DNA of 64,000 nucleotides from a virus (Duplodnaviria; Heunggongvirae; Uroviricota; Caudoviricetes): IMG/VR virus record IMGVR_UViG_3300005573_001627; one strand, 5' to 3'. Shown piece by piece: positions 54,653 to 62,396 of this stretch (position 1 is its first letter; each line of letters starts with the position of its first letter). The notes under the pieces were generated by a model. It saw only the letters and a program-made list of their open reading frames with translations, ran no database searches and was not told where the DNA came from. The position numbers and the translations under genes were made by a program.

Positions 54653-55013
54653 GGAGCCAATAATAGTTACTTGGCTAGATGCTCAAAGATTAGAACTTGG
54701 TTGCCATTTTGAAGATGATATGGAAAATCTCGACCCAATTGCTTGTGAAATAATAGGGTTTAAAGTCTTTGAAGATAATACCAAAATTATATTGGCCCAA
54801 GAATTTTGGGAAGATACAAAACAATTAAAATATATCCACGTAATCCCAAAACGCTCAATAATCAAAACAGTATCTCTTGAAGAATTTCAAGAACTTCATG
54901 AAGATGCAAGTCATAATCGTTGCGCTTGCGGTAACATAAAATTTAAGACTTCAAAACGTTGTAAACAGTGCGCCGCAAATAATAAATATGGGAAATTGTC
55001 TTATAATAAATGA
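54627..55013 (+). CDS. protein with C-terminal zinc ribbon
   Basis: CACGN..CKQCAANN. Confidence 0.4.
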   Translation: MMKMMTKHKEPIIVTWLDAQRLELGCHFEDDMENLDPIACEIIGFKVFEDNTKIILAQEFWEDTKQLKYIHVIPKRSIIKTVSLEEFQELHEDASHNRCACGNIKFKTSKRCKQCAANNKYGKLSYNK

Positions 55014-55201
55014 AAATCAGAAACATTCAGATAGATTTATTTATAGATGAAAAAGATTATAAAAAAGTAGATGCAATTGTAAGCGAATTCATTTCAAAGA
55101 ACCGCAGATTATTTAAAGATTGGTCTACACTTGTTCAACATGCAGAAAAGATAAAAAAAGTGAAAGGAGTTAAATATCAATATGGAAGGAAAAATGGATG
55201 A
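55010..55201 (+). CDS. small hypothetical protein
   Basis: 63 aa. Confidence 0.35.
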   Translation: MKIRNIQIDLFIDEKDYKKVDAIVSEFISKNRRLFKDWSTLVQHAEKIKKVKGVKYQYGRKNG

Positions 55202-55442
55202 AGAAATGTATGACAAAATCTGGAAAGAATGCAAGGATTTAGCAATAAGTAGAAACAAAGCATACGGCGATAGTTATAAAGTTTGTGATGTCCATACCTT
55301 AACTGGTTTGGTTATTATGAAACTAACAAGAATTTACCGATTGGGCGATTCTGCGAAGACGATGGATGAATTACAAGACGCAATAAATTATCTTGCCTTT
55401 AGTATAGAAAAATTAAAAAAGGGCGAACCCTTAATATACTAA
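55182..55442 (+). CDS. hypothetical protein
   Basis: 86 aa. Confidence 0.4.
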   Translation: MEGKMDEEMYDKIWKECKDLAISRNKAYGDSYKVCDVHTLTGLVIMKLTRIYRLGDSAKTMDELQDAINYLAFSIEKLKKGEPLIY

Positions 55443-55618
55443 TGACAGATTTAAACCTTAGCGATTTAGAAAAATTAAGATGGTTAATTGATTTAAAGAA
55501 TAATCATCCTGAGGAATACAAAAAATTTTGGAAAGATATAGAAGAAATAATGGGTGATATGTTTAAATTACTTTATAAAATACAAACTGGAGAAATAATA
55601 AAAGATGACAAATCCTGA
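55442..55618 (+). CDS. 58-aa peptide (not in ORF track)
   Basis: MTDLNLSDLEKLRWLIDLKNNHPEEY.. Confidence 0.3.
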   Translation: MTDLNLSDLEKLRWLIDLKNNHPEEYKKFWKDIEEIMGDMFKLLYKIQTGEIIKDDKS

Positions 55619-55826
55619 ACCTGAACCAGATTATTGCCCGCATATAAATCAATGTACTGAATCACGAAGAGATATTTGTTATAATCATAAAGAATATCAA
55701 AATTGTGGTTTTTATGAAGCACAAAATACAATAGCAAAAGTGCGAAAAGAAAATGAAAAAGGATTAGCAAAAAAGGTGGGTGACAAACTTGGAAATCCAA
55801 AAGACAAAAACTGGGGACAATTATAA
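55605..55826 (+). CDS. small Cys protein
   Basis: CPHINQCTESRRDICYNHKEYQNCGFYE. Confidence 0.4.
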   Translation: MTNPEPEPDYCPHINQCTESRRDICYNHKEYQNCGFYEAQNTIAKVRKENEKGLAKKVGDKLGNPKDKNWGQL

Positions 55827-56139
55827 AATCTTTAGTGAAGATTACGCAAAAAAAATAGCCCCTTCAATATTTGCAATAGCGATTGGAAGCATTGCATTAT
55901 CAATGGCATTTAATTCATTAAAAGTTAGTGGAATCATGGATGAACAAAGAAAAATATGCAAAGAGTGTATGAAAAAAGGGCACATTGCAACAGCAGATTT
56001 TGGTGGTAAATTTCGTTGCAAGATTTGTCATAGATTAGTCACAGGAGTTCCATCTATGGGGCATGGAGTTACTTGTATTAATTGCCAAAGAGAAGGATAT
56101 TGCAAATATTGTGGTAAAAGAATTATTGAAATAATATGA
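55780..56139 (+). CDS. zinc-binding protein
   Basis: CKECMKKGH..CKICHRL..CINCQREGYCKYCGK; start uncertain. Confidence 0.4.
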   Translation: MTNLEIQKTKTGDNYKIFSEDYAKKIAPSIFAIAIGSIALSMAFNSLKVSGIMDEQRKICKECMKKGHIATADFGGKFRCKICHRLVTGVPSMGHGVTCINCQREGYCKYCGKRIIEII

Positions 56140-56378
56140 GAAGAACAAAATGCCCTTTATGTAATCGCGGAACATTGGTAGAAAAGAATATAAAGGAGAA
56201 AATGCACGGAGTTTTGTTAGGAACTTTTCCTGCAGAGGTTTGTACTCATTGTGGAGAGGCCTTTACAAATGCTAAAACAACTAGCACAATAATCAAAATA
56301 GCGCAAAGAAAGAACGTTTGGAGGAAATATGAAGATGAAAAACAAATTCGAAATTTCAGGAACAATTGGCGACGCTAG
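56136..56378 (+). CDS. zinc-ribbon protein
   Basis: CPLCNRG..CTHCGEAF. Confidence 0.45.
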   Translation: MRRTKCPLCNRGTLVEKNIKEKMHGVLLGTFPAEVCTHCGEAFTNAKTTSTIIKIAQRKNVWRKYEDEKQIRNFRNNWRR

Positions 56379-56631
56379 TTGGGAACAAATGCGAGATTTC
56401 TTAATCATTGGATTAAGCGAGTGCGATTCTGAACAAAAATTTCTTAAATTGATAACGGCTTTAACATTATCTATTGGAACCCCAAAAGATTTAGCAAAAT
56501 TAAGAGAAAAAATGGGAATTCATAGATTTACAGAAAATGATTTAGATAGAATAGATAAATGGAAGGAGGAAAAAAATGAGCGAAAGAAAACTAGCAACAA
56601 TCCAGAAGATTCTGAAACTGGAAAAGCATGA
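56329..56631 (+). CDS. hypothetical protein
   Basis: 100 aa. Confidence 0.35.
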   Translation: MKMKNKFEISGTIGDASWEQMRDFLIIGLSECDSEQKFLKLITALTLSIGTPKDLAKLREKMGIHRFTENDLDRIDKWKEEKNERKKTSNNPEDSETGKA

Positions 56632-57628
56632 AAATGCAGATACTTTAGAAATAGCAAGGGTTCTCGGTTGGCAATGCGTTGTTAAGAAAGGCGAATTTCA
56701 AGAAGGTCAGTTAATAGTTTATTTGGAAGTTGATTCAGTTACTCCTCCATTACCTGAATTTGATTTTCTAAAGGAAAGAAAATATAGGATAAAAACAATC
56801 AAATTAAGAGGCGCATTCTCTCAAGGATTAATTATGCCTCTTTCGATTCTTGATGGAAAGAAATTCCCTGAAGATACAAGAGAAAATCCTGTTTATGATT
56901 GGCATGAAAATCAAGAAGTAACAACTCTTCTTGGTGTTACTAAATATGAACCTTATATTCCTCCAAATCTTGCAGGAGAAATAAAAGGAAACTTTCCAGG
57001 ATTTCTTCAGAAGAGTGACCAAACAAGAGTGCAAGTATTGCGTCCATTACTTGAAAAGTATAAGGGAACAAAATGTTCTATTTCAGAAAAGATTGATGGT
57101 GCAAGTGTTACATTTTATATTAGAGATGGAGAATTTGGAGTCTGTAGCAGAAATCTTGAATTAAAAGAAACAGGAGACAACACTATTTGGAAATGGGTTA
57201 GAAAGAATGATATAGAAAACAAATTAAGAGAATTAAATAATAATATAGCAATCCAAGGAGAAATAGTCGGGCCCGGGATAAATAAGAACACTTTGAAATT
57301 GAAATATATCGATGTTTATTTTTATGACGCCTTTGATATTCAAACATTCAAGTATTATGATTTAAATGAATTCAAGATTCTACTTGAAAACAAATTGAAA
57401 TTAAAGACAGTTCCAATGGTTCAATATGATTTTACCTTAATAGATAATATAGACGACCTTGTAAAACTTTCAATGGGAGTTTCAAAGATAAATCCTGAAG
57501 GCCCCCGTGAAGGGATTGTTATCAGGCCAATCAAAGAAATTTATGATGTTACAGTGATGGAAGATAATAATGGCAGAATTTCATTTAAGGTTGTAAATCC
57601 AGAATTCCTTATCCGCTATGATGAATAA
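56576..57628 (+). CDS. ATP-dependent RNA ligase, Rnl5-like (N-terminal OB domain + nucleotidyltransferase)
   Basis: motif I K172 in SEKIDGAS, motif IV IQGEIVGPGI; ~170-aa N-terminal extension as in DraRnl/NgrRnl. Confidence 0.7.
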   Translation: MSERKLATIQKILKLEKHENADTLEIARVLGWQCVVKKGEFQEGQLIVYLEVDSVTPPLPEFDFLKERKYRIKTIKLRGAFSQGLIMPLSILDGKKFPEDTRENPVYDWHENQEVTTLLGVTKYEPYIPPNLAGEIKGNFPGFLQKSDQTRVQVLRPLLEKYKGTKCSISEKIDGASVTFYIRDGEFGVCSRNLELKETGDNTIWKWVRKNDIENKLRELNNNIAIQGEIVGPGINKNTLKLKYIDVYFYDAFDIQTFKYYDLNEFKILLENKLKLKTVPMVQYDFTLIDNIDDLVKLSMGVSKINPEGPREGIVIRPIKEIYDVTVMEDNNGRISFKVVNPEFLIRYDE

Positions 57629-57854
57629 AAAAGCCTATTGGTATTTTGTAATATTAGTCTATGTTTGTATTATAGCCACTGCCATTTGCGTAATTTTAGC
57701 GATGGAGTCGGTTTCAAGAGATAATAAAGAATATGCTACAAATATCTGTAAGAATTTAGATTTGGACCTTCTAAAATATAATACTTTTGTGTCTTCTGTA
57801 ACTTCTGTTACTTGTTATAATCCTATCACCAAGGAGATTAAGGTTATAAAATGA
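57618..57854 (+). CDS. TM-anchored small Cys protein
   Basis: 78 aa. Confidence 0.4.
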   Translation: MMNKKAYWYFVILVYVCIIATAICVILAMESVSRDNKEYATNICKNLDLDLLKYNTFVSSVTSVTCYNPITKEIKVIK

Positions 57855-58258
57855 ATAAAAGAGCACACGGACTTGTTGAAGTAGAAACTAATCAATTACC
57901 AAATTGGTTAGCCATTCCATTAGTTATACTTATTTGTATAACTCTTCTTGTTGTAATCCTTTTTTTGAGTGTTGTAATTTATTCTTGTTATAAAGGGAAT
58001 TGTAATGGATATTATGGAGTCCCAATGTGGGTTTATAGAGCCGGTCCGGTTCTGGGTTTTAGAGAATGTACGGTGAATGGAGCGCCCGTTAATTGTTCAG
58101 AGATAAATTATACTCCGCAGGGTAGTGTTGATAAAATTTGGAGCGACGGAACCTATTCATACAATGGATTCCCTCCAGATATGTATGTTTATTACTTGAA
58201 TGGTTCTTTTAAACAATATGTAAATAACACTGATTGGATATTTCCAAAACCAAAATAA
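57851..58258 (+). CDS. TM-anchored Cys-rich protein
   Basis: 135 aa. Confidence 0.4.
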   Translation: MNKRAHGLVEVETNQLPNWLAIPLVILICITLLVVILFLSVVIYSCYKGNCNGYYGVPMWVYRAGPVLGFRECTVNGAPVNCSEINYTPQGSVDKIWSDGTYSYNGFPPDMYVYYLNGSFKQYVNNTDWIFPKPK

Positions 58259-58259
58259 A

Positions 58260-58535
58260 ATGGCCGGTAAATGTAGTATTTGTGAAACAGAAGAAAGCAA
58301 ACATTGGTTATGCTGTCTTGGAGGGTGGACTCTTTGTGATGATTGTGCAAAAGATTATGGTGATTTTGGACTCCAACCAAAGAATGACCAAAACATTGTT
58401 ATCTTAATGGAAGTTTATTTTAGACGAGGAAAAGGAGAAAAGATTTCTTATGAACAATTACATAAGGAAAAATGCGATTTTAAATTCTTAACTTTTAAAG
58501 ATTTATTTAAAATGAAAAATGAGAAAATTAAATGA
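58260..58535 (+). CDS. zinc-binding protein
   Basis: CSICETEESKHWLCCLGGWTLCDDC. Confidence 0.4.
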   Translation: MAGKCSICETEESKHWLCCLGGWTLCDDCAKDYGDFGLQPKNDQNIVILMEVYFRRGKGEKISYEQLHKEKCDFKFLTFKDLFKMKNEKIK

Positions 58536-58734
58536 TATCTCTGCATTATTAATAATCCTCTTTTTGACCACAAGTATGAGTTATTATGCCAAAGAAGAAC
58601 CAAGGAATGATTTAATGGTTACAATAATTGGTATTTCTACAATAATCTTTTCTCTTTCTTATTTTACTGCAAAATTGTCGAGGAAGACTTCAAAGAAGAA
58701 AATAATTAGTGGGCAAAAAAAAGGAATAGCATAA
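58519..58734 (+). CDS. small membrane protein
   Basis: 71 aa. Confidence 0.35.
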   Translation: MRKLNDISALLIILFLTTSMSYYAKEEPRNDLMVTIIGISTIIFSLSYFTAKLSRKTSKKKIISGQKKGIA

Positions 58735-58769
58735 ATTTATTAAGGTAGGATTATAATTAAATTAATTAG

Positions 58770-58786
58770 TTAATTAGATAAATAAA
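58770..58786 (+). promoter_or_regulatory. conserved 17-nt leader TTAATTAGATAAATAAA
   Basis: third identical copy. Confidence 0.5.
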
Positions 58787-59068
58787 ATGATGAGAACAAT
58801 ATTCAAGGTTAGAGTAATCACACGAGATATGATTACAGATTTCTTTGCTAGATTTAGAAGTATCCTTGGTGGAAGAGTAAAAGCATACGAGAAAGCAATT
58901 CAAGAAGCCATAGATGATGCTTATGAAGAATTAATAAAAGAGTATCCAAATGTGCAAAATGTTAGATTTGGAACCACTGAAATGTTGGATGATGCGTGTG
59001 AAATAATTATATATGGAGAGGTAACCGAAGATGAGTATAAAAGAGGAAAAAAGAAGAACAAAGAATGA
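58787..59068 (+). CDS. YbjQ/UPF0145 (DUF74) family protein
   Basis: DFFARFRSILGGRVKAYEKAIQEA..IIIYGE pattern. Confidence 0.65.
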   Translation: MMRTIFKVRVITRDMITDFFARFRSILGGRVKAYEKAIQEAIDDAYEELIKEYPNVQNVRFGTTEMLDDACEIIIYGEVTEDEYKRGKKKNKE

Positions 59069-59516
59069 ACTTATTGAGGAAAGAAGAAAATATAAAAAAA
59101 GAGCCGGAATCTTTTTTATATTATTAATACTCCTAGGAATTTATATTGGTTGGAATTTTATTAAAGAAGGATTAAGTACTACTGATAAACTTAAAGAAGA
59201 AATGAATTGCCAACTTCAATTAGAAACTTATTTTGTTAATCAGACTAATCAATCAATCAGTGATTTTAAGAAAGAATTATGCGAGGAGAGCACAATTACC
59301 AGAACAATCAATTCATTTTTTGATAGATTCTTGCAATTAGATAATTCTTGGATTATTAAGTTTTTAATATTCCTTGGGATAGTTTATCTTATCCAAATAA
59401 CTTTTGCTTTAGTAATGGATATTTTAGAAGTATTTATGCTCATATTTGTGATTATCAAAAGAATTTATAAATGGATAAAGTCTAAAGTAATTAAGGAAAA
59501 TGACAAAAGAAACTGA
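59031..59516 (+). CDS. membrane protein (2 TM)
   Basis: 161 aa. Confidence 0.45.
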   Translation: MSIKEEKRRTKNELIEERRKYKKRAGIFFILLILLGIYIGWNFIKEGLSTTDKLKEEMNCQLQLETYFVNQTNQSISDFKKELCEESTITRTINSFFDRFLQLDNSWIIKFLIFLGIVYLIQITFALVMDILEVFMLIFVIIKRIYKWIKSKVIKENDKRN

Positions 59517-59937
59517 CGGAATAATCATGGCCCGAGTAAGGAATCAATTAAGGATTCATTGGGGTTGGTTAAAAGAAAAGGATTATGATGAAGTTGCTAA
59601 TTTTATAGATGCATGGATGCGTCAAGCATTAAGGGCCCACCCAAAGATTATTACAGAAAAAATAGAAAATAAGGATAAAGAAATAGATAAATGGGCTAAC
59701 CAAAAAGTTAATATTGAATGTAATATGCTTGAGGCTGGGAATCTAATGGACATCTTGTTTATGGCTGATGGCGGACCATTTGACGAGCATTTTAGAGCAA
59801 CCTTGAAATTAAATAATATGGAAGATGCTTATTCCAAGTGGTTAGATAAAATGGTACATATTGTATGCAAGGAGGAATTTGAAAGTGACAAGTTATCAAA
59901 AATTTCACAAGTTAAAAGGAAAATTAAAAGACCGTGA
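59500..59937 (+). CDS. hypothetical protein
   Basis: 145 aa. Confidence 0.45.
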   Translation: MTKETDGIIMARVRNQLRIHWGWLKEKDYDEVANFIDAWMRQALRAHPKIITEKIENKDKEIDKWANQKVNIECNMLEAGNLMDILFMADGGPFDEHFRATLKLNNMEDAYSKWLDKMVHIVCKEEFESDKLSKISQVKRKIKRP

Positions 59938-60166
59938 TTTTTTATGCAAAGAATTCTTTGATATCAATGGAGAGAAATTAGATTTTAATGAAGGTAAACA
60001 AGAAGCAGTTTATTTAAAATCTGAAGTAGATGAAGTTGTAGAACTCATTAAAACACATCTTGGTACAATACTCGATGAAAATGTGATACTTCACAAAAAG
60101 AATGAAGACTTGGAATTAGAAAATTTCCGACTTCAGAAAAGTTTAAAAAGAAAGAAATCTAAATAA
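59861..60166 (+). CDS. coiled-coil protein; last gene of + strand train
   Basis: overlaps previous gene by 77 nt, no internal Met so start uncertain. Confidence 0.3.
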   Translation: MYARRNLKVTSYQKFHKLKGKLKDRDFLCKEFFDINGEKLDFNEGKQEAVYLKSEVDEVVELIKTHLGTILDENVILHKKNEDLELENFRLQKSLKRKKSK

Positions 60167-60225
60167 TATTATATAAAAAAAGAAGTAATGAATATGACAT
60201 TTTGTTTATCAGATAATATATATTC

Positions 60226-60390
60226 CATCAGCAACGATAGGATACAAAATCTTATGAGTCGGGTTTGGTCGATTTCTCCCTTCGGGGACAAACACCTCTT
60301 TTTCCCGGCTAGAATGCATTTGCAGGGCCCAGGTTCTATCATAAGTAAGAATTCTTAGAGTTTGGTCCGAGTATCTAATTGCTGATGGAT
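60226..60390. ncRNA. candidate structured RNA / boundary element: GC-rich ~145-nt core clamped by 10-bp inverted repeat
   Basis: CCATCAGCAA (60226) and TTGCTGATGG (60381) with inner GATAC/GTATC; CCC-UUCG-GGG tetraloop; duplicated GTTTGGTC(G/C). Confidence 0.3.
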
Positions 60391-60482
60391 AAATATAAAT
60401 ACTGCTTAATTCATAATATAAAAGCAAAATTTAATACCAAATCGGCCAGAGTTTATGCATCTTTGGCCGATTTTAAATAAAG

Positions 60483-60710
60483 ATGGTTGAATTCAGATGT
60501 CGTGGTTGCAACAAACCTTATTTAAGTATGTTGGATGCATTTAATTGTACGTGTCCGCAAAAGACGCGAGTCTTTTGGAAAAGTTCCTCTACATCAAAAA
60601 GTCAAGAAAAAAGAAAAGAATTACATCAAAAAAGAATAAAGATGTTTGTATTGAAAGATGAACCAAGAAAAAATAAGATGGATTTTGCAGGGAGTTTTGC
60701 TCCTTACTGA
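60483..60710 (+). CDS. small basic Cys protein
   Basis: CRGCNKPY..CTCPQ. Confidence 0.3.
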   Translation: MVEFRCRGCNKPYLSMLDAFNCTCPQKTRVFWKSSSTSKSQEKRKELHQKRIKMFVLKDEPRKNKMDFAGSFAPY

Positions 60711-60804
60711 AGGTTGTACTGAATCTCAGTTATTAGAAAAAGGAATACCAAGACAATATCTAAATCAGATAAGAGCAACTTATAATTTTATTAAAGAAGA
60801 ATAA

Positions 60805-62358
60805 CTATTGAGGAATATCTGAGATTCTTAGATTATATTGTGTATATTCCTTAGCACCAGTACCACCAACTTTTGGAGTCATAATTGCCAACCTCGTTGG
60901 TAATTCGGTTGTGTAAATAATAGTTGGACGTAATGCTAAAATATAATCCGGAATCTTTGTTCCTTCTAATGGATTGATATTTAAAATAAGTGGAACATCT
61001 CTGTTTCCTAATGTATCCAACCCAATTAAAGATAATTGAACTGGTTGTATATCTGCCATTGCTGTTATATTATGCGGCCTCCATCTTCCTCCACTATAAT
61101 ATTTCCCAGCCGTATCTTGAAAAAATGATTTTACATTGATAGTTGCAGGGATAGAAATTGTTTCTCTTTCTCTTTCTCTTTCTTTAGGTTTAGGAGGAAG
61201 TTCTTTTGTTTCTGGTTCAGGGGTTGTAAAAATATCTACATGCCTTTCAGGAGTCTTTTTTTCTTGCTGTAAGTTTATTGCAGAAGTAGTTAATTGAGGG
61301 CTTAATGCCCCACCAGGTAATTCTCCTCCTGCATACTTTGTATCAGCATAAGAATAAATGTTTCCTAAATCCCAAGCAGGTTTAAAAACTCCCCCAGGTA
61401 ATGTACCTAAGGTAACAATATCAGCAGCATTATAAACTACTTGACCCACTTTTCCAGCCACTTTTCCAAATGTTCCTTTAGTTTCTACTGTTGTTGTGGC
61501 GCCAGTAAGGCCGCCCATACCTCTTTCAGATTTCCCCCCCGCGGTGCCTCCCCCAAATAAAGTTATTTTTGGAGTTTCACTAGGGGTAGTTGTTGTTTCT
61601 GTGATTGTTTCGGTTGTCCCGCCCGTTATTGTCCCACCAGTAATTCCACTCATTTTTGGAGTTGTTGTTCCTCTGCCCCCTCCCCCTCCGCCTCCACTGC
61701 TTATTTTATTAATAGTAGTTTTTGCAGCAGTAGTTGCCGCCTTTGTAGCAGAACTTACTGCAGATACAGGAGAAGCAGCAACAGTTAATACTTTTTCAAC
61801 CGCTTTTGCTGCGGAAGATGTAGGTTTAGCGCCCCCGGGTAATGCTCCTCCGAGCGATTTATCTACAGAAGTATACGCTTGTTTTGCCGCAGTGCTCACA
61901 GATTTTGCAGCACTGCCTACTGCAGAACCTACTTTACTTGCTGCAGCCTTTGCTGAAGAAATTATCCCATCATGTTTTGGGTCAAATGGTTTACAATCAA
62001 ACATATTAATTACTTTATCTTTATCTGCATCTCCAAAGGGGTTTAATTTAGGAAATTTTTGTTTGGCTTGGAACCAATTCATATTTTTTTTGTTTACTTT
62101 CTTTCCACCTTTCTTTGGATAAGGAGTTAAAAATTGCTCTGGAGAAACAAATTTTACTTTCTTGGTTGGAAGAACAAGACTTGCACTTATTTGTTTATGC
62201 ACCGAACCTTTTTTAGTTTTGGCAGGCATAAAATTAATTTTTTTAACAGGGCCCAACCCAAAAGCGGTTGTTTTAACTTTTTTTAGATTAGGAACCCTAG
62301 GAGAAAGAAAATCTGTTTTAACATTAATTCCTAAATGATTATTTTTCTTGGCTGCCAT
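60805..62358 (-). CDS. basic/low-complexity protein with one thrombospondin-type-3-like Ca-binding motif and Gly/Thr-rich centre
   Basis: NPFGDADKDKVINMFDCKPF; A/S/K/T-rich repeats; GGGGGGGRGTTTP. Confidence 0.55.
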   Translation of the reverse strand: MAAKKNNHLGINVKTDFLSPRVPNLKKVKTTAFGLGPVKKINFMPAKTKKGSVHKQISASLVLPTKKVKFVSPEQFLTPYPKKGGKKVNKKNMNWFQAKQKFPKLNPFGDADKDKVINMFDCKPFDPKHDGIISSAKAAASKVGSAVGSAAKSVSTAAKQAYTSVDKSLGGALPGGAKPTSSAAKAVEKVLTVAASPVSAVSSATKAATTAAKTTINKISSGGGGGGGRGTTTPKMSGITGGTITGGTTETITETTTTPSETPKITLFGGGTAGGKSERGMGGLTGATTTVETKGTFGKVAGKVGQVVYNAADIVTLGTLPGGVFKPAWDLGNIYSYADTKYAGGELPGGALSPQLTTSAINLQQEKKTPERHVDIFTTPEPETKELPPKPKERERERETISIPATINVKSFFQDTAGKYYSGGRWRPHNITAMADIQPVQLSLIGLDTLGNRDVPLILNINPLEGTKIPDYILALRPTIIYTTELPTRLAIMTPKVGGTGAKEYTQYNLRISDIPQ

Positions 62359-62396
62359 CTTATATTTTATAACGAGATGATGTTTTTAAAGATAGT

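Noticed and set aside
60209-60427. 72-aa minus-strand ORF across the GC-rich element
   Set aside because: It coincides with the inverted-repeat-clamped structured region. It is more plausibly noncoding.
61496-62122. 208-aa + strand poly-Pro ORF
   Set aside because: It is an antisense shadow of the Gly/Thr-rich centre of the minus-strand gene 60805..62358.
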